Source: a virus (lineage: Duplodnaviria > Heunggongvirae > Uroviricota > Caudoviricetes). Taken from it: 15,448 nt of DNA. The stretch lies in the IMG/VR virus record IMGVR_UViG_2703718838_000010; one strand, 5' to 3'. The position numbers and the translations under genes are program-made. The notes under the pieces are model-generated. The model saw only the letters and a list, made by a program, of their open reading frames with translations, did not search any database and was not told the DNA's origin. Positions 1 to 10,363 of the stretch are shown here, in pieces; positions within the stretch are counted from its first letter, which is position 1; the number at the start of each line of letters is the position of its first letter.

Positions 1-137
1 CACAACTTCCGAGGACAGCATCGTCCGCTGGCCCACAGAAGTCCGGAAAGTCATGGAAGGTCGTTGTTGGGAGGAGGTACAAATTCTCTCATGCAAAAAA
101 TACGTAAAATCGATAATAGCTGGAAATAATTCAATAC

Positions 138-198
138 ATGCACTCTCGAAAGTGCATCAGCCAACCGCAGAACGTTATTGCATACAACGTTTCTGCGG
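138..198. other. Two adjacent inverted repeats downstream of tfa (atgcact-ctcgaa-agtgcat at 138..157; ccgcagaacgtt...aacgtttctgcgg at 165..198); possible terminator structures between tfa and whatever lies beyond the window start
   Basis: Read directly from sequence: a 7-bp perfect stem with 6-nt loop, and a roughly 12-bp stem with a 1-nt bulge and 9-nt loop, 15-75 nt downstream of the tfa stop. No clean U-tract follows either on the minus strand. Confidence 0.35.
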
Positions 199-212
199 CA
201 TAATCCCAATGA

Positions 213-797
213 TTACTCCCTGACAGGGTTCGTAGGCCACTCAATATCAGGTGCAGTTGACGTATCAACACGGTTCAGCAATACCCGATACTTTTTCCAT
301 GCTTCCAGCAACGAGATTTCTTCCTCCGTTGCAATTTCCAGATCTGCAGCATCCTGAAGCGGCGCAATATGCTCACTGGCTACCTGCATCAGGTTGTTTT
401 TTGTTTCTTCCGCCTCCCGGATCCGGAACAGTTTTTCTGCTTCCGTATCCTTCACCCAGGCTGTGCCGTTCCACTTCTGAAACTCCCCTTCCGGCGATAA
501 CCAGGTAACATTTTCCGGTAACGGACCGAGTTCAGAAATAAATAACGCGTCGCCGGAAGCCACGTCATAAACCGTTTTACCCCGATGATCTTCAACGAGA
601 TGCCACGATGACTCATCACTGTTGAAAACAGCCACGAAGCCTGCCGGAATATCTGGCGGTGCAATATCGGTACTGTTTGCTGGCAGACCTGTATGAGGCG
701 GAATATATGCATCACCTTCACCAATAAATTCATTAGTTCCGGCCAGCAGATTATAAATTTTTATGGTCCGTGGTTGTTCACTCATTCTGAATGCCAT
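213..797 (-). CDS. tfa: Tail fiber assembly protein (lambda Tfa-like, 194 aa)
   Basis: ORF track 213..797 (-). Translation [24 protein letters not shown]... matches my recollection of lambda Tfa almost throughout. ATG at 797..795 shares one nucleotide with the stf TAA stop (799..797), typical translational coupling. Stop TAA at 215..213. Confidence 0.9.
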   Translation of the reverse strand: MAFRMSEQPRTIKIYNLLAGTNEFIGEGDAYIPPHTGLPANSTDIAPPDIPAGFVAVFNSDESSWHLVEDHRGKTVYDVASGDALFISELGPLPENVTWLSPEGEFQKWNGTAWVKDTEAEKLFRIREAEETKNNLMQVASEHIAPLQDAADLEIATEEEISLLEAWKKYRVLLNRVDTSTAPDIEWPTNPVRE

Positions 798-3700
798 TAT
801 GCAAGCCTCACAATATAGTTAAATGCGATGTTTTTGACGGTGTTTTCCGCGTTACCAGCTGCGTTAACGGTGATGGTGTGTCCATGTGAACCAATCGCAA
901 CGGAGTGCGTATGCGCACCAATACCTACAGTATGTGCGTGTGCACCTGCGCTTGCAGCAGTACCCGATACAGAGTGCGTATGAGCGCCTGCAGAAGAAGT
1001 GTTAACACTGTATTTAGAATAATCAGGTGATCCACTTCCCGGAGCACCTTTGGTGCCACCTGAAACAAATGTTATCGAATGGGTATGTGCACCGGCTGAA
1101 GCAGCCGTACCGCTAACACTATGGGTATGCGCCCCGGTGTTATTCGTGGATTTAGTGCCGTAATCAAACGACGATGTGGTTTTCGTCCCCAAATCCGTAC
1201 TGGATGCGCTGGCGCTGTGGGTGTGCGATTTAATGCCGTCCTGTTCCTGAGACAATACGGCCCGACCACTGGCAGGTTTGCCCTTAATCGTCCAGCCACG
1301 CATATCAGGGATCACACCTGACGGATAAGCGGCTGCAAGTTTCGGGTAAGCAGATTTGTCAAAAGTCTGCCCCTGCATCAGGGCATAACCAGACGGAACG
1401 GTATCTGATGGCCACGGGATTGGTGCACCGACTGGATAAAACTCTGCAGGAGGATGAGCTGAGGTGTAAAGCTGCGCCCACGGCGACCAGTTTGCGTCGG
1501 TCGTATCCCGTCGTGAACGAATAAATGCCGGAGCATGAGCACCGCTTGTACCACTCCAGCCGATGAGTAACTCACCTTCGCCAACGGCTGTCATCCCTTT
1601 CAGGTGAATGATATTTCCATACGCTGTTGGATATCCGTTGTTATACACCTCGTATAACTCAAGACCTGTTGCCCCCTGCGTATTGTCTGTCAGCGCGGTT
1701 ACCCGACCTTTTGAAGCCAGATTAACTGATGATACTGCTGTTCCACCTGACGGTAACGCCCCGATCTCTGATGCCGTTGGCTTATTTCTGGAGTTATAGT
1801 CCCTTCGCCAGCCAGGTGAATAATCTGTTCCGTGATTAATATAGGTAAACTGGGCGTTAGTTGTTCCACCACCAGTGGAGGTGGTCGGTGTGGTAATGCG
1901 GATCGTCATCGCTGACTTTATCCCCATTACTTCAATGACAGCTCCGGCGAGATGAATATTACCGCAGCCAGTATCAGTAATGATTTTATTATTGCCATAA
2001 GACCAGGAACCCTTGCACATCCAGTATGGATGGTTAAATGCTCCCTGAGAATCCAGCCACTCGATAAACTGTGCAGTCGTCCAGTCTCCTGTTGTTGTGC
2101 TTACTGACCCACCGAAGGCGCGGCAGGCACCAATATTTTTCGTAAAGGTGTCTTTGCCAGGGATATCCGCACCGTTCTGATCTTTCTGCAGACGTTTCTC
2201 AGCATTGTCATTGGCTGCTTTTACTGCCTTTGGCGTTGCCGCCAGCGTTTCAGACGTGCTGTTGGTCGCGCTGCTTAGCTGGATTATCCCTTTCTGTGCT
2301 GTCGTTGCATCCTGTGCGGTGTATTTCCCGTTAGCCAGGTCATACGCGGCCTTAACGGCTTTTGGCGTTGCCGCCAGTGACTCGGAAGTGCTGTTGGTCG
2401 CACTGCTGAGCTGTACTATCCCCTTTTTCGTCGTGCTCGCATCCTCAAGCGCCACGGCGGATGCAATATCCTCTGCCCGTTTTGCCGCTGTCTCAGCGCG
2501 CGTTGCTGCAGATTCCGCCGTACTTTTGCTCTGAGCTGCTGCCGTCGCACTGCCAGCTGCCTCTGTCGCCTTCGTGGATGCCGTCGTGGCGCTACCCTTC
2601 GCTGCTGACGCCTGTCTGGTCGCCTCATCTTTTGAAGCAGACGCCGATGAGGCCGATGACGACGCCGAACTGGCTGACGATGCGGCAGCCGTTTTTGAGG
2701 ATTCTGCGCTGGTTTCCGACGCTTTCGCGTTCGTTTCGGATGTCTTCGCTGCGGAAGCAGACCTCGCTGCTGCGCTGGCCTGTTCAGTGGCTTCGCCAGC
2801 CTTCGTTGTGGCTGTTGAAGCAGACGATGCGGCGCTTTCTGCCGATTTTCCGGCGGCGGTGGCACTGGCTGAGGCCTGCCCGGCACTTGTTGACGCTGCA
2901 CTGGCAGACGACGCAGCCGCTGTTTTTGAGCCTGCCGCAGCCGAGGCGCTCTGTCCCGCTGCCGTTTCAGAAGACCTGGCGTTCGTCTCTGACGTTTTTG
3001 CCGCCTTCGCGGAATTTCCTGCCGCTGTTGCCGAGGAAGCTGCGCTACTGGCGCTCGAGGATGCGTTCGTTTCTGATGATTTTGCCGCCTCTTTTGAAGC
3101 CGCCGCATCCCGGGCTGAGGTGGCAGCTTCTGACGCTTTCGTAGTCGCGGTGGATGCAGAAGTGGCTGCTGATTGTTGTGACGCTGCAGCATTCGTTTCT
3201 GACGTTTTCGCGGCACTGGCACTGGTAGCTGCCGCGCTTTTTGAGGACTCTGCAGCGGCAGCACTTTTTGATGCTTCAGTGGCCTTTGTTGATGCCGTTC
3301 CTGCGCTGGAAGTCGCTGACTGAGCCGACGACGCGGCCTGTCCGGCTGACGTGCTGGCTGCGCGTGCTGAGCCTGCAGCATCAGTCGCATGGGTTGCCGC
3401 CTCACGGGCTGATGTGCTGGCATCACTGGCTGACTTCTTCGCGGCTGCCGTGTTCTGTGCCACCACGGACGCGTTACGCGCCACCTCTTCCACCATCAGC
3501 TCAAAACGGCGCAGTGCCTCCGGACGGGCATCATCCTCCGTCATGGCACCGAGAAAATCATTCAGCGTACCGGGTCGGGAATCTTCATACACTGTGATGG
3601 TCCCGGCATGTGACGGCGGGAATCCTTCCACCAACAGAATAACGCTGTACTGACCGTACTCAACGTCCATACTGTAACGCCCGGCTTCATCCGGATTTTC

Positions 3701-3820
3701 AGATGCCAGCGTGTTCACCACCACCGTGGTACTGTTACGTTTTGCTTTCAGCTGGATTGTGCAGTTCTGTACCGGTTTTCCTGTGCCGTCTTTCAGTACA
3801 CCTGAAATTTTTACTGCCAT
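797..3820 (-). CDS. stf: Side tail fiber protein, intact long form (about 1007 aa), with Ala/Ser/Thr-rich quasi-repeats and a C-terminal His-x-His repeat domain
   Basis: ORF track 797..3826 (-) begins MNMAVKISG; the track start at 3826 is GTG, while the ATG at 3820..3818 gives [26 protein letters not shown], the lambda Stf N-terminus as I recall it, and is preceded by GGGGTGA. C-terminus has repeated GAHTHS / GAHAHT / GSHGHT motifs and ends [11 protein letters not shown]. Confidence 0.85.
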   Translation of the reverse strand: MAVKISGVLKDGTGKPVQNCTIQLKAKRNSTTVVVNTLASENPDEAGRYSMDVEYGQYSVILLVEGFPPSHAGTITVYEDSRPGTLNDFLGAMTEDDARPEALRRFELMVEEVARNASVVAQNTAAAKKSASDASTSAREAATHATDAAGSARAASTSAGQAASSAQSATSSAGTASTKATEASKSAAAAESSKSAAATSASAAKTSETNAAASQQSAATSASTATTKASEAATSARDAAASKEAAKSSETNASSSASSAASSATAAGNSAKAAKTSETNARSSETAAGQSASAAAGSKTAAASSASAASTSAGQASASATAAGKSAESAASSASTATTKAGEATEQASAAARSASAAKTSETNAKASETSAESSKTAAASSASSASSSASSASASKDEATRQASAAKGSATTASTKATEAAGSATAAAQSKSTAESAATRAETAAKRAEDIASAVALEDASTTKKGIVQLSSATNSTSESLAATPKAVKAAYDLANGKYTAQDATTAQKGIIQLSSATNSTSETLAATPKAVKAANDNAEKRLQKDQNGADIPGKDTFTKNIGACRAFGGSVSTTTGDWTTAQFIEWLDSQGAFNHPYWMCKGSWSYGNNKIITDTGCGNIHLAGAVIEVMGIKSAMTIRITTPTTSTGGGTTNAQFTYINHGTDYSPGWRRDYNSRNKPTASEIGALPSGGTAVSSVNLASKGRVTALTDNTQGATGLELYEVYNNGYPTAYGNIIHLKGMTAVGEGELLIGWSGTSGAHAPAFIRSRRDTTDANWSPWAQLYTSAHPPAEFYPVGAPIPWPSDTVPSGYALMQGQTFDKSAYPKLAAAYPSGVIPDMRGWTIKGKPASGRAVLSQEQDGIKSHTHSASASSTDLGTKTTSSFDYGTKSTNNTGAHTHSVSGTAASAGAHTHSITFVSGGTKGAPGSGSPDYSKYSVNTSSAGAHTHSVSGTAASAGAHAHTVGIGAHTHSVAIGSHGHTITVNAAGNAENTVKNIAFNYIVRLA
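2228..2421. repeat. Two imperfect direct repeats of about 63 bp (2228..2290 and 2359..2421, period about 131 bp) inside stf, encoding the repeated motif [11 protein letters not shown](S/T)[11 protein letters not shown]
   Basis: Seen in sequence: ctttggcgttgccgccagcgtttcagacgtgctgttggtcgcgctgcttagctggattatccc versus cttttggcgttgccgccagtgactcggaagtgctgttggtcgcactgctgagctgtactatccc. Confidence 0.8.
2430..3430. repeat. Low-complexity, internally repetitive GC-rich segment of stf encoding the Ala/Ser/Thr-rich shaft ([12 protein letters not shown]-type quasi-repeats)
   Basis: Translated stf ORF shows degenerate repeats ([43 protein letters not shown]...). The same DNA yields long spurious ORFs in other frames (2416..3426 -, 2574..3323 +), a hallmark of repetitive GC-rich sequence. 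Boundaries approximate. Confidence 0.6.
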
Positions 3821-3828
3821 ATTCACCC

Positions 3829-3858
3829 CACAAAAAAGCCCGCCTGAACCGGCGGGCT
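3829..3858 (-). terminator. Rho-independent terminator-like hairpin downstream of lom (stem gcccgcc / ggcgggc, loop 6 nt, then T6 on the minus strand)
   Basis: Plus strand 3832..3858 is aaaaaagcccgcctgaaccggcgggct; on the minus strand this is agcccgccggttcaggcgggcttttttgtg. It lies 27 nt after the lom stop (TGA at 3887..3885) and directly before the stf RBS and ATG at 3820. Confidence 0.6.
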
Positions 3859-3884
3859 GTCATAACACTGTGTTACCTGGCTAA

Positions 3885-4484
3885 TCAGAATTTATAACCA
3901 ACACCCACGATGAACCCGTCAGTGCGCCAGTCACCACTGCCGGAGCCTTCATAAGCGACATCAATGGCCACGGATTCGGTCGGGTTAAACTGCACGCCAG
4001 CTCCCCACGCCAGAGACGTGTTGCTGTGGCGACCGTCATCACTTCCGGTCAGCACATCGTGCTTTTTCCCCTTGTTGTCAGTTACGCGGAGATAATCCCC
4101 GGAGAAAGTCGACACACGGCTGTAAGCCACACCCGCCATCGCATACGCGCTGAACCATTCATTCACGCGCACAGACGGCCCCGCCATTACGCTGAACCAG
4201 CGGTTACGAACGGAATCTTCATGCCAGCGGGTATCGCTGTAACGGGTAATCTGGCGATTCTTGTCTCCTGCATAGCTGAACGACGTCACCATCCCCAGTG
4301 TGTCCGTAAACTCATAACGGTATTTCACGTTAATCCCGTTCAGATCATCACTGCCGGGAACGTTCGTCCGGGCATGAAGATACCCCGCGCTCAGCGTGGA
4401 CTGATGTTCAGACGCCCATGCAGGCGCACCGGATACGGCCAGACAAATGGCTGCGGACAAAATGGCGGCATAAAGTTTACGCAT
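3885..4484 (-). CDS. lom: Outer membrane protein Lom (Ail/Lom/PagC-family beta-barrel; lysogenic-conversion moron)
   Basis: ORF track 3885..4484 (-), 199 aa. N-terminal signal peptide [24 protein letters not shown] and C-terminal ...[10 protein letters not shown] ending in Phe, typical of outer-membrane beta-barrels; matches lambda Lom as recalled. RBS GAGAGG 5 nt upstream of ATG (4484..4482). Confidence 0.9.
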   Translation of the reverse strand: MRKLYAAILSAAICLAVSGAPAWASEHQSTLSAGYLHARTNVPGSDDLNGINVKYRYEFTDTLGMVTSFSYAGDKNRQITRYSDTRWHEDSVRNRWFSVMAGPSVRVNEWFSAYAMAGVAYSRVSTFSGDYLRVTDNKGKKHDVLTGSDDGRHSNTSLAWGAGVQFNPTESVAIDVAYEGSGSGDWRTDGFIVGVGYKF

Positions 4485-4506
4485 AATTACCTCTCGCTTT
4501 TCTGCA

Positions 4507-4532
4507 ATAAAAAAGGCGTCATTTCTGACGCC
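4507..4532 (-). terminator. Rho-independent terminator-like hairpin between J and lom (stem ggcgtca / tgacgcc, loop tttc, then T-run on minus strand)
   Basis: Plus strand 4509..4532 is aaaaaaggcgtcatttctgacgcc; on the minus strand the hairpin is followed by ttttttattgcag. It sits 19 nt downstream of the J stop (TGA 4553..4551) and about 30 nt upstream of the lom ATG. Confidence 0.55.
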
Positions 4533-4550
4533 CGTTCTGGGTTATAAAAT

Positions 4551-7952
<3,402 letters not shown>

Positions 7953-7971
7953 TCACGCTCCATAAACGACA

Positions 7972-7991
7972 AAACCGCCCGCAGGCGGTTT
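7972..7991 (-). other. Perfect 8-bp stem / 4-nt loop hairpin (aaaccgcc-cgca-ggcggttt) in the 60-nt I-J spacer
   Basis: Seen in sequence at 7972..7991. On the minus strand it is followed by tgtcgtttatggagcgtgagg and then the J ATG. Could be a weak intrinsic terminator or RNA-processing structure. Confidence 0.4.
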
Positions 7992-8009
7992 CACATAAAA
8001 CATTTTGCA

Positions 8010-8681
8010 TCAGCGACCAATCACCACAACCTGACCACCGTCCCCTTCGTCTGCCGTGCTGATCTCCTGAGAAACCACCCGCGACCCCACACGCATTTCA
8101 CCGTACAGAACAGGCAAAACATTGCCCTGAGCAACCATGTTATCCAGTGAGGAGAAATAGGTGTTCTGTTTGCCGTTATCCGTTGTCTGTGTACGGGGAG
8201 TTCTGGCTTTCGGTGCCAGCATCTGCGCCACACCACCGAGCACCATACTGGCACCGAGAGAAAACAGGATGCCGGTCATACCACCGGCCCCAATGGCTGC
8301 CCCCCATGCTGCAAGGGTGGCTCCGGCAGTAAAGAATGATCCGGCAATGGCGGCAGCTCCCAGGACAATCTGGAATACGCCACCTGACTTGGCCCCGGCG
8401 ACTCTGGGAACAATATGAATCACAGCACCATCAGGCAGAGTCTCATGTAACTGCGCCGTTAACCCGGACGAGCTGACGTCCCGCCCGGCAATCCGTACCT
8501 GATACCAGCCGCCGCACAGTTTCTGACGAAACGCCGGGAGCTGTGTGGCCAGTGCCCGGATGGCTTCAGCCCCCGTTTTCACACGAAGGTCGATGCGGCG
8601 GCCAAATCGTTGTAAATCCCCGTAAAGGCAGATGCGCGCCATGCCCGGTGACGCCAGAGGGAGTGTGTGCGTCGCTGCCAT
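8010..8681 (-). CDS. I: Tail tip assembly protein I (223 aa)
   Basis: ORF track 8010..8681 (-). MAATHTLPLASPGMARICLYGDLQRFGRRIDLRVKTGAEAIRALATQL... matches lambda gpI as recalled. C-terminal half is a Gly/Ala-rich hydrophobic segment. Its 5' end overlaps the 3' end of K by 103 nt in another frame. Confidence 0.9.
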   Translation of the reverse strand: MAATHTLPLASPGMARICLYGDLQRFGRRIDLRVKTGAEAIRALATQLPAFRQKLCGGWYQVRIAGRDVSSSGLTAQLHETLPDGAVIHIVPRVAGAKSGGVFQIVLGAAAIAGSFFTAGATLAAWGAAIGAGGMTGILFSLGASMVLGGVAQMLAPKARTPRTQTTDNGKQNTYFSSLDNMVAQGNVLPVLYGEMRVGSRVVSQEISTADEGDGGQVVVIGR

Positions 8682-9322
8682 TTGTCGGTATACCTCTCTC
8701 GTTTGCTCAGTTGTTCAGGAATATGGTGCAGCAGCTCGCCGTCGCCGCAGTAAATTGCGGCGTGATTCGGCACCGATGAACCAAAACAGCACAGCAGCAC
8801 ATCGCCAGGCTGCGCCTCTGTCAGTACGACACGGTAAAAACCCGTTGCCTCCAGATTATCCAGATAGAGATTCTGACCGTGACGCCACCAGTCATCCCCG
8901 CGATGAAAATCCGGCATCTCAATTCCCGCCAGATGGTAAGCGTCCCGGAACAGCGTGTAACAGTCCGTCACCCCGTGCTCAAAGCGCCGCCCGGTGAGAT
9001 GCGGCACACAGCGGAACTTATGAATCGCCCCCCGGCAGACCAGCAACCACGGCAAATCACTCTGCACCTGCAGCCGCCGGTCAGCCTCACTCAGCCAGGG
9101 CAGACCACCGGGGTGGCTGTGGACCAGCGCCACAATCTCACCCTGCATTTCTGCCTGCAGCCAGTCCTCCGGCGACATCCGGAAATACGCCTCCGGCCTA
9201 CCGGAGATATTCACGCCGGGAAAATATCTTTCCCCCTCCGGCGTTCTCACCACGAAGCCGCACGACTCCGCTGGCGCACATCGCCGGGCGTGCGCCAGAA
9301 TCGCTGATTCTGTCTCTGTCAT
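8579..9322 (-). CDS. K: Tail tip assembly protein K, long form (247 aa) with N-terminal MPN/JAMM-like domain and C-terminal NlpC/P60-like domain; the classical 199-aa form would start at 9178
   Basis: ORF track frame 8579..9364 (-). ATG at 9322..9320 (MTETESAILAHARRC...) lies 4 nt after the L stop (TAA 9329..9327). The classical start MSPEDWLQAEMQ is the ATG at 9178..9176. A JAMM-like motif HSH-x7-S-x2-D (VHSHPGGLPWLSEAD) is visible, and a Cys/His pair typical of NlpC/P60 (GVTDCYTLF ... NHAAIYCGDGELLHH) lies in the C-terminal half. Confidence 0.8.
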   Translation of the reverse strand: MTETESAILAHARRCAPAESCGFVVRTPEGERYFPGVNISGRPEAYFRMSPEDWLQAEMQGEIVALVHSHPGGLPWLSEADRRLQVQSDLPWLLVCRGAIHKFRCVPHLTGRRFEHGVTDCYTLFRDAYHLAGIEMPDFHRGDDWWRHGQNLYLDNLEATGFYRVVLTEAQPGDVLLCCFGSSVPNHAAIYCGDGELLHHIPEQLSKRERYTDKWQRRTHSLWRHRAWRASAFTGIYNDLAAASTFV

Positions 9323-9326
9323 GGGT

Positions 9327-10025
9327 TTACTGCGAAAGTTTGTTAATGGAAAGGAAGCCGCCAAAGTTGCCGACGTTATTGCGAAACTTACAGCCGCTCA
9401 GGCATTTGCTGCATTTATCCTTCGTGATATCGGACGTTGGCTGGTCATATTCATCCGCGACCGCCGGACCGTGATAACCGCACTCATCACCGCGATAGGT
9501 CCAGGTGCAGGTATTAGCAAGCATGATGCGCCCCGGAAAAACAGCGCCGTCCGTTTCCGTCGGCGTGGACAGTACAAAGGAGGCACTGACCGCGCTCAGT
9601 TCGCTGCACTGCTCAATACGCCAGCGGCTGATCACCTCCTGCTCCGGATCGGCGTCACTGTTTCCGTTGACGAAGTTCACCGCATCCAGAAAACGGGCGT
9701 AAACCTTACGCCTGACCACCGTTCCGCCGACCAGACTCTGCAGGTCTTCCGCCATCCCGGTGACCATGCCGTGCAGATTAGAGACTTTCAGCGTTGGCCT
9801 TGCACTGGCACCTTTGCCGTTCATCTCAAATCCACTCCCCTGAATGGGATAGGCCTGATACTGCCGACTCTGCCAGGTGACAGACTCTCCTTTCTCGTTC
9901 TGCTCATTGCAGAAAAAGTAGCGATCCCCGCCTACCTCGGTCAGGTCGATTTCCCAGAGCACCACGCTGGCCGACTGCTCCGCACGAATGCATTCATTCA
10001 GCGTTTCCTGTTGTATGTCCTGCAT
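9327..10025 (-). CDS. L: Tail tip assembly protein L (232 aa), with a C-terminal Cys cluster
   Basis: ORF track 9327..10025 (-). [33 protein letters not shown]... closely matches lambda gpL as recalled. C-terminal cysteines (CTWTYRGDEC ... KDKCSKCLSGCKF) fit the iron-sulfur-binding gpL family. ATG of L shares a nucleotide with the M stop (ATGA overlap at 10025). Confidence 0.9.
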   Translation of the reverse strand: MQDIQQETLNECIRAEQSASVVLWEIDLTEVGGDRYFFCNEQNEKGESVTWQSRQYQAYPIQGSGFEMNGKGASARPTLKVSNLHGMVTGMAEDLQSLVGGTVVRRKVYARFLDAVNFVNGNSDADPEQEVISRWRIEQCSELSAVSASFVLSTPTETDGAVFPGRIMLANTCTWTYRGDECGYHGPAVADEYDQPTSDITKDKCSKCLSGCKFRNNVGNFGGFLSINKLSQ

Positions 10026-10363
10026 CAGATCACCACTTCGTCAAACTGACACGAAAAATCGGTATAGGTGATATGTTCTGTCGCTGACCACGTTCGACAC
10101 ACCACTCTGATTTTTCTGTTAATACCCGGCGGGCGCCAAAAAAAAGATTTATAGCCTTCATGCCGGGCTAAAAATTTTTCAAATGAATCACGTTCATTCG
10201 CCTCAACTTTGAAATCACAGGTGAAAACGCGCAGAGAATGATTAAGTCCATTTGGACTTCGTTGCTCATAACCATCATCAAATCTTACAGTTTTTATCGA
10301 TGGTTTATTTTCTGTTTTCATTCCATCCTCTGGTAACCAGTGAAATTCTTCCGTATTAGCCAC
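10025..10363 (-). CDS. M: Minor tail protein M homolog (diverged from lambda gpM); start uncertain between GTG at 10363 (112 aa) and ATG at 10321 (98 aa)
   Basis: ORF track 10025..10363 (-). Position between tape measure and L, and conserved core [10 protein letters not shown] / KSFFWRPPG recalling lambda M (VRFGDGYSQR / KSFLWTPP). The GTG start overlaps the tape-measure stop by 8 nt; ATG at 10321 has GAGG 5 nt upstream. Confidence 0.75.

Noticed and set aside
1072-1799. Several 60-75 aa ORFs within the stf C-terminal region on both strands
   Set aside because: Alternative frames of the His-x-His repeat-encoding DNA; fully explained by the stf reading frame.
2416-3426. 336-aa Arg/Gln/Pro-rich minus-strand ORF and 227/249-aa plus-strand ORFs inside the stf repeat region
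   Set aside because: These are alternative frames of the repetitive GCN-rich stf shaft sequence. The extreme composition (poly-Arg/Gln or poly-Ala/Asp) is what reading a GCT/GCC-rich repeat out of frame produces. The lambda-like Stf frame explains the region.
8021-8418. Small ORFs on both strands overlapping gene I (8021..8254 -, 8147..8332 +, 8161..8418 +)
   Set aside because: Alternative frames of the GC-rich, Gly/Ala-codon-rich I gene. Compositionally biased translations, with no independent start context.
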